Shown here piece by piece: positions 1-12,300 of a stretch of DNA of 64,000 bases. The number at the start of each line of letters is the position of its first letter. Position 1 is the first letter of the stretch. The stretch is from Phoronis australis (Eukaryota > Animalia > Phoronida), in the NCBI GenBank assembly GCA_002633005.1, contig NMRA01000286.1, forward strand, positions 422,503 to 486,502, given 5' to 3'. Below the pieces are notes generated by a model. The model was not told where the DNA came from, made no database searches, and saw only the letters and a list, made by a program, of their open reading frames with translations. The position numbers were made by a program, and so were the translations under genes.

Positions 1-185
1 TTACGAGGTATCCATCGCCTCTTCCCTGGCATGAAACAGAAATTCAAAGAACAAGCTTTGATAGTTGGTGCAAACTTTTTCATCTTGGTAAGAGCATTGG
101 TTAAAAATATGAATACAGCTGCCAGACTATAACAATTTTATCACAATCCACTCTGATTTGGTTGTATTAAGTCATTTCATTTCAC

Positions 186-349
186 CTGCATAATGATCTT
201 GTTGAGATCAATCTTGTCTTGACCCAGACCTTCATTCAGAGCCTGCATCTTGAGCAATGCATCACGCAGACCAGCCTCCTCAGTCTTCAGCTTGTTAATG
301 TCTAACTCAAGCTCTGCATTCGTCAGCTCAAGACGTGAAAGTGCCTCAT
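186..349 (-). CDS. CROCC: Rootletin exon (EALSRLE...DKIDLNKIIMQ)
   Basis: 164 nt, CAG/GTGAA, phase 1-0. Confidence 0.9.
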
Positions 350-3300
350 CTGGATAATATAGAAAAAAATTAACTGATGTATTATCCTAACTTATGACTG
401 TTATGGATGACCGTGCAAGACATAATCTGTCCTGACTTGCACAAAAACACCAAAGAAAACTTTCTCCAAACAAAATAAGTTAAAATTTGACAGCTATCTT
501 TCCTCCAGAGAGGCATCAACGTACTTAGTGAGACTTTGTAAGACCACAAGCCAAGCAGCTCTGTAAAGTTAGGAAAATATTCAATTAAGTTTCCAGAAGA
601 TTAGATATATATTTTTTGCAGTGAATACTTCACCTAGGTTAATAGCAATGTTCATCATCCAACCTTGAGCAACCTCACCCCAATCTGTTCTACAACTTCT
701 ATTATCAACTCCCATTACCAAAGAACTTACTGAGCTCAGCTCTTTCCTGCTCTACAACATCCTTCTCCAACAAGGTCTGGTTCAGCGCCTCCTTGGTGGT
801 CACAAGCTCCTCACGGAGTTTCGAGTTCTTGTCCTCCAGCTGACCTATGACCTTGTGACAGCGCTCATTCTCCTTGAGCTGTCGGTCCTTGTCCTTGATC
901 ACATCCTCCTTCTCATCCTCAAGGTTGTCACGCTGGCGCTGCAGCTCACTGTTTGCAGCCTGCAGCTTCTCATTCTCTGTGTGGATCTCTACAGGGTGAC
1001 CAGAAAAGACCATGCTTAACTAAACATCTCAAAGGTGACAAAAAGACCAGCGTGCGTTCCGCAGACTTGCGAACCCCACAAAAACGCAAGATTTTTGGAG
1101 AGACCGTCATGTATTATAAGCAAATCACGTGATCACACTAGCTTTCTTCGTGAGATTCTTGTGTCTATGGAACTCAGCCCAGAATGCACCATACACATAT
1201 AAAACCAAATGAGCTCCCAAATTACCCATTTACTAATAATTAACTTTCTATAAGTTTAATCCAATTGCAATAAAGATAGTTTAAAATAGAATGTATTTAG
1301 GCATGTGTTTGCTGAAAAAGATATCCGATTTGCTTATTTCTAAAAAAGATTAAGCACGCACAAAAGCTGCTCACACCTGGTTTGTGTTTGTCAGAAGAAA
1401 TAAGTGGACTTAAACACTAATTTCTCATATTCATACCGTTTCAAATTTATTTTTATTTTTATTTTAGCTTGGAATTACAATTTTTTCGGTTTACAAAAGC
1501 ATGTGCATTCTTCCTTTAAAGTACTAAACTGTGGAACTTATTGATTGCATACCGTCAATCTGCTGGTTGAGAGTTGAGCGTAGAGTTTCCAACTGCGACT
1601 TCTCACTGCCTGTCATGTCTAGAGCGTTCTTGAAGCGTTCACGGTCACGGAATGAGTCGTCACGATCACGGTGACTGCAAACAAAAATAACATTGTTACC
1701 AATAGCATTTTTGAGGCAATAAGTGCAACAATTAAAAAGAACCTCTAAATCATTGCAACAAGTGTATTTTGGCAACATGTTTCATTAAGTACAAAACTTC
1801 AGTGCACCGGGACTGGCTTCACTAATGTCAATAGACACACCGAAACAAGGTGTTTACTAAAAAAATCATTCAAATTGATCACCAGCCACTATCAACTCAT
1901 AGTGGCTAACAAACTTTAGACAAGCCTGGACTACTTTCATTCGAATTGTCCAAGTGTAACCACAATACTTTTATCTAGAACTAGGCACAGTGGTAATATA
2001 AAAGAAATTACCAGGTTCTGGGATACAACATTGAACTAAAAATTGTACAAAATAAATACAAACTCAAGAATCTGTGCTTTATGCTGACAAGTGTGTAGTC
2101 CAAATTCACACCTGATGACCCCTAAATTCGAACTACAAACTTTAATACCAACTCAAGATTCCAAGTAAAGACTCGAAATTTCAAAATCATAGCCTTATTG
2201 GTGGGTTCATCAAGTGCAAAATAGAGAATTAAACATTCATACATGTAAACCATAATACACTTGAGAAAAGAATAATACACAATAATCTACAGTCCGTATG
2301 AAAATAAAACAGTAAATCTCGAAAAAATGTTTGGTTTCGAGTGAAAAGATAGATCCTTTCACAGAAAGTTTATGGATGTAAATACGTGGCTGTACTCACG
2401 CATTGTTCAGTTCCTCTCGCATGTCAATCACTTGTCGCTCCAGTCGTCTCTTCTCATTCTCAGTGTCATCAAGCGCTTTGCGAGTGGTGGCGTACTGGTC
2501 CTTTGTGGCGTTCAGCTTGGCTCGGTACTCAGAGACCTACACAGTGAAAACACAACAATGTAAACATAACTTCACTGAATGACTACACAAGATAGATCAT
2601 ATCAAAACACTACTAACATTCTTCAAAGAGACAAAAACTTAGAAAGTACTAAAAAGATATTTAAATTTAAAAACTATAGTATGATTGGCGTGTTCTGCAA
2701 TTTATAAAAAAGGTACATGGAATCAGTATTTTGCCAGACACATGCTGTATAGGAACAAATGAATGTCGAAATGTTCGCACAATCGCATTAAGGACTCTCG
2801 TTCACCTAAGGGGAAGGTGCCTGTGTCTTATGAGAGATTGTTTCGTTGAGGGGAAAATTCGCCCCTCTGGTTGACACTCCTAATAGCCAATGCCTCCAGC
2901 AGCCAAAATTAACGTTGTACAGAAGTGATTCTAACATCAAGATTAATTTTATAACCATTGGAGGGGAATTTTTGGGCCTAATGATGGGAATTTCAAGTGT
3001 CTACTTAACATTTTTCATGGGGGCCAGTATTCGACCCCAAAATCAGGGCATCGAGGGCCCTGGCATTTTCCATCAAACATGTCATTAATAATACAGCAGT
3101 AAGAAATTACATTAGGAATAAACATGGCATACCTGCAGTTGGCGCTTGTTTAGAGCAGCCTGCACAGCAGAGAAGGTGGAGTCGGCAAATGCAGGTGACC
3201 CGCCCAGTCGACGTGGCGATGCCGAGCGAGTGCGCGTACGACTGTGCGAGCGCACAGGTGATGTAGAACGCATGCTCATTGACAGACCCTCTCCCTCCTC

Positions 3301-6300
3301 TTCAGCCTGAGACATGTCCGCATCGTTGATAACTGCGTTGGCAATGTCACGTAAGGCCGAATGCAAGGCCTCGCTTTCTTCACGTGCCACACGTGCAGTG
3401 TCGGTTTCTGCCGCGTGTTCACGCACAGCCTCGCCACGCTGGGACTCCATCAGCGACAGACTGCGCTGCGTGTTGGTGATAGCCTTATCCTTCTCAGCAA
3501 TCTGGATCTTGAGCTTCTCGTTGGACACAGTCAACTCGTTGATGCGCGCATTCAACTCAGCATTCTGGCTGTCAAACTTGGCCTGTAGCTCAATGATCTC
3601 ACGCACCTTGTCACGCAGCTGATTCTCCATGCTCAGCCGATCGCCCCTCTCACGCTCAGCACTAACCTACACCAATAGCAGGAGACAGACGTTAACAAAA
3701 CAGGCTTCAAATCCGAATAACACAACACAATCCTATACAACACAAACAAGGATGACTATAAATGTCAACTAGTCACATTGCCTGGAACAAAAACTTGCTG
3801 TGCACTGAAGGCAAAATGAGGAACAAAATCACACTCACTATAGACCAGCTTCATTAAACATAATCTAGTGGTAAAGTGACAAGCAAAACTGCTTTATAAT
3901 GAGTACAAAGGTTACACCAACATAGGACTGTCTCACAAAATAATTATTAAACATTGCCCAAACAATTAAACATTAATGTAACTTTTACTGTATGAGTTAA
4001 AACATTCATGGTATGTAGTGAGCTAACAGGAACTGAGCTCATAGGATTTCAACCTCCTGCTGCTTGTAATGACGTACCTGCTGCTGCGTGTCAGAGCTGC
4101 GCAAGTTGGCACTCAAGTTGAGACAGGCCGAATGCACAGTGCGAGCAGTGCGCGTGACGTCTGCGCGAGCACGCGACAAGTCACGCTCCGTGGCCGTTTT
4201 CATCTCACCAAACTCCCGGCGGAATGCAACGATGGCACGCCACAGAGACAACAGGCGACTGTGCTCGGCACTGAAGTACTCGTTAAAGGACTGTTCCTCG
4301 TCACGCCACTCAGACTCCTTTGCATCGAGCTCGTCGCGAGCACGCTGCCAGTCGCTGGTCAACTTGTGGATGTCGGCCGTCAGAGACTGGTTAGCAGACG
4401 TAGCCTGGTCCAGCTGCTCACGCAGCATGGAGTTGACATGTGCCAGGCTGGCACTCCTACAGCAGAACAGTGAACAGTGAGCATGACTCAGACGCAGCCT
4501 CAGAAATAAACATTACGAAACTTACATTGATACCTTAAATGTGTCACTGATTAAATTATACCAAAATTTACTTTAAAGGTCACCAGGTGATGCTCACCTC
4601 TGCTGTTCTTCCTCCAACTTGATCAGCGCTGTCTCAAGGTCCAAGCTGTGGTCATCCTCGGCAGCACGCAGACGGGCTTCAGTGGAGTCCAGGCGGGTCT
4701 GAAGAGAATCGGTAGTGTCCTTCAACTGGTAAACATAAAATGAGAGTCGTTCCGATACTCTGAACTGAGTAATTTACTTGCAATGTTGAGACGTTAAAAG
4801 GCTATGTACAATATGAAAACCACCACCGTGCAAACCTACCTTCTGTCTTGTTTCTCATTCCTACTGACTTGATATGAATGCTACATACACTGCCTTATTC
4901 AATCAAACAAGCTGTATCCATACTCACCACAAAGTTATAGACATAACTTGTGTAATACTCAACTCTATGCATGCCAAAAGTCTCTGCAATTCTAGTACAG
5001 AGCTGACACCCCAAACAATGCAAGACTACTGGAATAAAATTCCAGATACAGCACTATATAATTACACCACCATGGGCTACGTCTAAATTCCAGTTGTAGC
5101 TTGCTCTAGTGCAGTGAATACTGCGGTCATGTGTGATAAGAATTTCTATAAGATGTTCCCTTTACAGTCCATAATCCCAATGTTTGTGCAAACACTGACC
5201 CACAAAACACCAGCAGTGAACATGTGTTTTCATATCCTGACGCTATTGGTTAATGCAGTTCAACCCAATGCATGCGAGAGGAAATTGGTGAACGCATTGT
5301 TTCAGTGAGTGGACATATTCAGACAGGAATCAATTTCAGTCACTAATTAATGGATTTCTGATGCATAATACTCGGGTAATCCCTTACCCAACTTTCAATA
5401 ATGCATGAACCAAATCAAGTGACTATTGCTGTCCCTGTTACTGCCTGTACTATTATTTTTATTACCAAATCCTGTATTTCTAATATTGTGTGCTGGATGA
5501 TTTAAAGCTCACAGCAATAATCACTCGCCTGTCCACACAAATGATTTACAGTGCAAGAGCAAATAATCGTTTCAGAACTGGCAACCACTGACATTACCTT
5601 GGCATGCTCGCGCTCGCTCTCATGAAAGTAGGCAGCTAGCTCCGCCTCAAGCTCAGCGATTCTACGATTGAGCTGTAGACCCTATAAAGGTCGCAGTGGA
5701 CAACAAACAAACACAAGTGAGACACCACACACAGGGAGGGAATGTAATAGCGAATGGGTAGGGGGTGCCATTCATGAATACCGTAAACTCGCCGGTTAAT
5801 GCCCTGGGCGCTTAAATTGGGATACCCTGAGACAATGGAGTGGGCAATTACCCAAGCAGTGAGCGCTTAAACCGAAAATTGGCAAAAGTCAGGGGTGGGC
5901 GATTACCCAAGCAGTGGCTGCTTATGTCCAAACTTTAGGCGAATTGGGCAAGCGTGGGGCATTCATTTGAGCACGGAATTTCTAAGTTCAGTCAATCAGA
6001 AGAACCATACAACAACAAAGTTTCTCACGGCTCAAACAGAAACAGGATTTCAACTTTGAAAGTATGACTTCGCGAGACCGTTGCTAAAAACACAGATGGT
6101 TTAAAATATATCAGCGCGCTGCAAAGTATCATACCGCGGATCTTTAAGCAACTCAAATGGCAGACCACCAGAGTTGCCATATCAATAAAAACTGTTTCGG
6201 CTCAGTGAATGTGACTACATTTTGTTTCCTTGATTAAAAAGAGGACGATTCGTTCCCAGCCGCAAACGTAAAAACACAAGTTCAAGCTCAAGTTCTATTA

Positions 6301-9300
6301 GTGGTAAGTTGGTGATAGGCGATTACTCGAGAAGCTGAAATTTGCGCAAAGTGGGAGATGGGTAATTACCCGAACAGTGGGTGCTTACATCGAAATTTGA
6401 CAAAAGTCTGGGGTGGGTGATTACCCGGGAATGGGTGTTAACCAGTGAGTTCACAGTAGTAGCCCATAAAGCAGAGATATCTTTGAAATCCGCAAGATAC
6501 GGGCATTTTGATATCAAAATAATAAGACCATGAGCTATTCACAAGGGCACCCAGCAAAACATGGGAAGATAATGAACAGAAAGCAGACTTGGGCTGTGCA
6601 AATACACAACCAAAATCATATTATTAATTTGGGGTTGGGGTATAAATGTCATAATTGACAAGACAGACAGAAAGGAACAAAGGACATGTGCAGGAAGCAA
6701 ACTAAACTAAACTAAGCTAAACTAAACTAAGATGTGTGCGCCACTGATATGTATCGCAACCAGCACTTCAAACGACATCGATGTAGTAGAACTTACAGAT
6801 TTCGAGTGCTCGACATCGACCTTAAGTTCAGCGTTTTGCGTTTCGAGCTCAGTGCACTTTTTCTTGTATTGCAGAACCTGCACAAGACATGCAAGAAACG
6901 TTAGGGGCACAAAAATAATGCTTACCGAGAGGCGGGAACGACGTAGCTGGTCGTCTTTCTCCTGCAGAGAATTCTCCAGTTCACCGCATTTCTTTTTATA
7001 TTGGAGAACCTATCACCGGGGGAAATTTGAACAAAATGTAAACTAAGTACAAATAAAAAAATTAACAAAAACTTAAGCTACAACTTCAAGCTGGGGAAAT
7101 CAATTTAAAAGAAAGCTCAATCTTGTTGATAAAACAGAAGCGAAATAGAAAAAATGGATAACGCAACAAAGTGTAAACAGCAAAATCATGATACTTAAAA
7201 GAACCTTAACTGCTCTCGCAAGGTACACATATTCTTTGGAAAACACTATTAAGATACCAAAGAAATGCATGGAAACCCATTATCGCATTGACCGAGATTT
7301 TAACGCTATCTAATCTCAATGTCAACAAAGAGATGCTTGGGCTTGCGAGTAAAAACGGCGTCCCCAGACACACGTTAGCGCAATCATGGCAACCAGTGCA
7401 AGCCACGCGGGCAGAGGTGATTTATAATTACCTATGGCTGGACTAGAGGTACGCAATAAAAACTGTTTGCCTAGCAATTTGAACTGAGGTGACAGGGTTA
7501 CAATACTACAGAGAGTCGCCTGTCAGAGAAAAAATATATTAGGGATTTACAAGTCTGCAGATCAAACACAGGAACTGGCTAAGGAAGAAATTAAACCCTA
7601 AACGTTGCTAAACATATCCTTGTTAGATCAGGCTAACAGCAGATGACTATGAACATCTGAAAAGCACAATGCAATGGCATTTCCTTATTACTACTTTACA
7701 GATATGGAAGCTCATTTTGTTCATATTTTCATAAGCTAGTTTGCAGTAAAAAGGAGACTTAAGTAAGATTCATTTGGTAAATGCCATTTATACGGATGGA
7801 AGTTGAAAATGAAAAGTAAATGTCTCTATGACCAAATTTCACGATGAATTTGCAAAAATCAAGGTTTCAGAAAGTCGTTAAAACCTATTCTGTGACTAAA
7901 TGCTGGATCTCTTGTTAAAAGCATAATGTCTGTGAAATTAAAAGATCTTATCGACAAACCAAATACTCAATTATGATTACAATTATGATTATTTGGAATA
8001 TCAAACAAAAGTGAATGGCATACTTCAAAAAGGTTATATTAACTTCTGCACCTGAACACTTGTTCATTTTTATGCATTGAATGACTCAAAATACAAGACC
8101 TGCAAAAAGTCGACCAGCTTTCAATAAAAAATCTAACAATGAAAGCGCTCCGAGGAGCGAACCTTGGCGAAATTAACCAAAAAGATGACGATAAAGATGA
8201 TGACGAAGATGGTGGTGAGGATGAACAAAAGAAGTTAATAACATACACGTGACGAACGTAGGAGTCCGAAATCAGTAAGAAAAAGGCTAGTCTTGAGCGA
8301 CACTTGGCGAAATTAAGGAAAAGACGGAGATGATGACGAAGATGATGACGATGATGACGAATATGATGATGTTGGTGGCGATGATGAACAACATCACAAC
8401 ATTCATATGACGAATTTAGATGTCATAAATCATTAAGAAATAGGCTGCAGTCTAGTTCAATTGAAGCTAAACCAACCTGAATGCAGNATTACCAAAGACA
8501 TTGAATTTGTCACATTGACTGAAAACATACAAACAGCTGCAACACATAGACTGAACCAACATTGGCTACCTCAACAACCCAATCAATATCTAAGGGTATT
8601 TGTTCTCACAACATAAAATCCTGAACAATTGCCATGCATTGTTCCAATGTTTGGATTCTAATTTCACAGCCACGCTGGACATACTTACGAATATGAACAA
8701 AATATCTACTACAAACCAATAAAGTTGCATAGACTTACTACTATTAAAACTGGCAACAACTGAAGCACATTTTTAGAGATACATAACTTAACTTAACTTC
8801 AGTTACAGTGGTTACTCAAGCTTTTCCACTTCAAAAGTAGATGAGCTAATTCAATAAACTCCATTAATATTTCATAGTCTGTTACAATTCATTTTGGACA
8901 TTACAAAATTGTGACTTACGAGACAGCCAGGTATCAGTGCATCATTGAAGTTTTTATTGACTTGGCACTCAGTAAACTTAAAGATACAACCTTTAAGAAA
9001 GAAGACTTGATGGGTGTAAATAACAATTCCGCAAACTTGGATCCTCTAGGATGAGATTTCACTTCAATGCAACGAATTTTCTCAAGTGTGGTAAAAATAT
9101 GTGGGCCTCGATCAATGTTCAAAGGTCATTACTGACCAAAGGTTTATGATCAATTTCAAAATTGACAGGGTTACTGCCTGGTAAAATGAAATTGCATTAC
9201 CTACACATATATATCATTGAGCAGATAACCTAGGTGACCTTCACTTCAAAAAGTGCATTTTTCATGCTTCAAAAATACTTAAATGGTAAACTGAAAAGAT

Positions 9301-12300
9301 GCAATAATGTTTACAACTACTATGGACCAGATGAGCGTGGGCAGAGTTTCCTCACACTTCCACTTGCTGAGGGAGAAACAACACTGTGCAAACCGAGATG
9401 ATGCGTGCTAGACCTCACATGATAACCCTTACACCCAGTCTCCACCTGCCCTCATTTTTCCCTCACATCTACAAACCTCATTTATCCCCTTTATCATTTC
9501 AGCGTCCCATTTTCTCTCAATTTTGGTGTGTTGTTTCTCAAATGGTAGCACCTGCCTCTATATGTCTGAACCTTGCACCTGAAGCCCTGGTGTTGTTGCC
9601 CCATGCTCTACTTCATCCACTTTCCCAACCACTGCACCTTGGTGTTGTTACCTGCTCCACCCACCTGTCACCCCTGACCTATGCTTACAGTTTCAACTTA
9701 AGTTATAGTTGCCTGTAAGAGCAGAATCTTCCAAGATCCTAAGAAGCTGGTGACGGGGAGAATAGTTGAAATGATGAAAAATCCTGGTTTCCATATCCTC
9801 GATACCATATCATCGATACCATCAACTGTAACCCCCTGGCCTCCCCTTCACCCTCGCGCATCTCACCTTTGCCTGGAGTTTCTGCACTAGCTGTGCCTGT
9901 CTCTGTTGTCCATCCTGGTAGGCTTGCAGCTTGCGCTTGTAGCTCTGGTGTTCTTCCTCCAGCTTACGACGCAGCTCAATGTTCTGCTGGACCATTCCCT
10001 TGCTAGATGGATCATCACGATCACCAGCACTGGAGTCCAGTCCTTTCAACTGTGACTCAAGCTGCAACATCAAAAGATAAACTTCAAACAAGTTAATCAA
10101 AGTCTATGACCGAACAAAACTGCGCAAGCAAAAAAGCACTGGTGGTTCTCAACAATGTACATAGACACGCGCAACTGGCATACACCACCAACCAATACCA
10201 TTGGCCACATTCCTACAACACTGTTCAATCAAAAGACAAAACAGAGAAAACTGTACTGGCTTGGGAATCTCAAGCACAGTTGGCTTCACCTTGTATTCTA
10301 TCACACCTGAACTGAGGCAAGATGCATTCAACTTACCTCCTTTGGCTAGCAGTCAAGGTGACTTCGTGCTTAGAGTATACATCAACAGGAACTGGTTATT
10401 ACTTGTTTTGCTTTTCTTTCTTAATCAATGGATGTAAAAGCCAAAGGTAACATGGTGACATTTGCAATACAAAACCATAATGTGTGACCATGTCAACTAG
10501 CATTCCATTGACAAATGGGATTAAAACTACTTACTCACATGCTACAACTTTATCGAATGTTGAATAAAAGCAGATACAGTAAATTATGCCTCAAAGGATG
10601 TTGTAAGAACTAGAACCCGAGCCCTACTCAACAACCTACGGTATCAGCTGAAATCAAGATATGGAACAATAGGCAGCATTTAGCAGCTGTTCTGTGAATT
10701 GTTCAAGCTATACAAACCTCTTTCTTAGCCCAGTCAGTGGAATCCATGGACTGAATGTAACAAACAGGCAATAATTTTCAAATTTGAGCAAGATTAGTTG
10801 TATCTGTACTCGCACAGGCTGCAACACTAAAACCGACAGAGGAAACCCACGCTATCGCAGACAATGGACGCCTGCTTGAACTTAAGTCCTGTAAAGAACT
10901 TGGGCTTTAGAAACCTTTAAGGAAAACCAACGCAAAGAAATGCCCCATTGTCTGTGTGCATACATAAATACCGTCATTGAATAGAGACTTTCACGGTGTT
11001 GTTTATCTTTAAACACAAGCAACAATAGTTTAGATTTAAATGGCCAGGGTTCTTGAATTTGTCATGTTCCTCTGGTCATAATCTTTATTTATTTTTACAC
11101 TAACCATGGTTTCAGTGTAATGTCCAGGTAAGTAAAATAACCAACCTCTATATGTCCCTGCAAACTTGTTGCGCAAAATTTGTTTGAACATCTGAATGTT
11201 ACATAAAGAAGACAGCAACAATTGGATGCAAGGAAATCTATACAACGAAATGTTTTCATTGCCTTTCCTACTACAGCTTTAGAAACGCTAATTCCAAATA
11301 AATGCTAAGTAGGAAAGTACTTGAAACAGGACCCACACTAAAAGAAGTACAAGGTTACAGGGCAGTTGGTGATAAAAAAGGAAAAAATAATAATGAGCCA
11401 GCCAGACAAAGACTCATTAGATGATGATGAATGAGTCTGGATACCACCTGTCAAGCAATTACACCAGTTTGATGGAAGACTAGTAACGATAAGCAAGAGT
11501 GGTGACAATAACCCTCCACTCAACAGCAGAGCAGAGGATACACTTTTACAGTTACACTTTTATAGTCTGGCAGATAACAGAGGAACCAACATTACACCAA
11601 CACTTCCAGGTGTATAGTCCATCAATTTCAGGAATTTCAAAGGTAACTTGACAGATAATGATAAAAAGATGAACCCCAGCTTGATAGTCAGGTACCAAAG
11701 AAAGTGAGATATTAGAGTTGGCAATGATAAGATAATGGTAAAACCTTACGCTTTTACAAACATGTCAAGGAGACATCACTGACTGCTCCTTTGTTGAAGT
11801 ACAAGTGCTCCTTTGTTGACATATAAGTGCCATATCACTGTCAGTCCAATTCCCACGATACAGTAACAAATACAAAATACTGCAATTGAGCATCATGGTT
11901 ACAGGTTAAATCCACACCTAAGAACTGCTAAATGTTGTCATTCTATGATTATGCCAATGCCCTAAGGTACAACCAGAAAATGCAGCTGCTACCTGACACT
12001 TGAACAATAGTTTGTGCATAAAATTGTACCCCTTAAATTAATTGACAGGGAACAGCTTTCAGGTGTGGGCTTTGAAAACTACTTCTCCGATGCAACTGAA
12101 CCTGGCCTCAAGTCTAAATCTCCAAAGTGGTACCTAAAATAAAAATCATTTTTGACATTTCTAGTTCTGCTTTCAGTATAAATTCAAGCTCATTATCAAT
12201 AACTATGTGTTTGAGTACCATACGTTATGGCTTGTATTCATCAACATAGACCATAATGTGCTTGAATGCACAGTCTTTGACACTTCGATTTAGTTCGGAC

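Noticed and set aside
1-28. CAG acceptor and short open frame (GRGDGYLV) at the window edge
   Set aside because: Does not resemble the expected next rootletin coiled-coil segment and is too short to judge.
3314-4480. Long plus-strand ORFs (3314-3622, 3361-3588, 4069-4473, 4088-4480)
   Set aside because: Antisense shadows of GC-rich rootletin coding exons.
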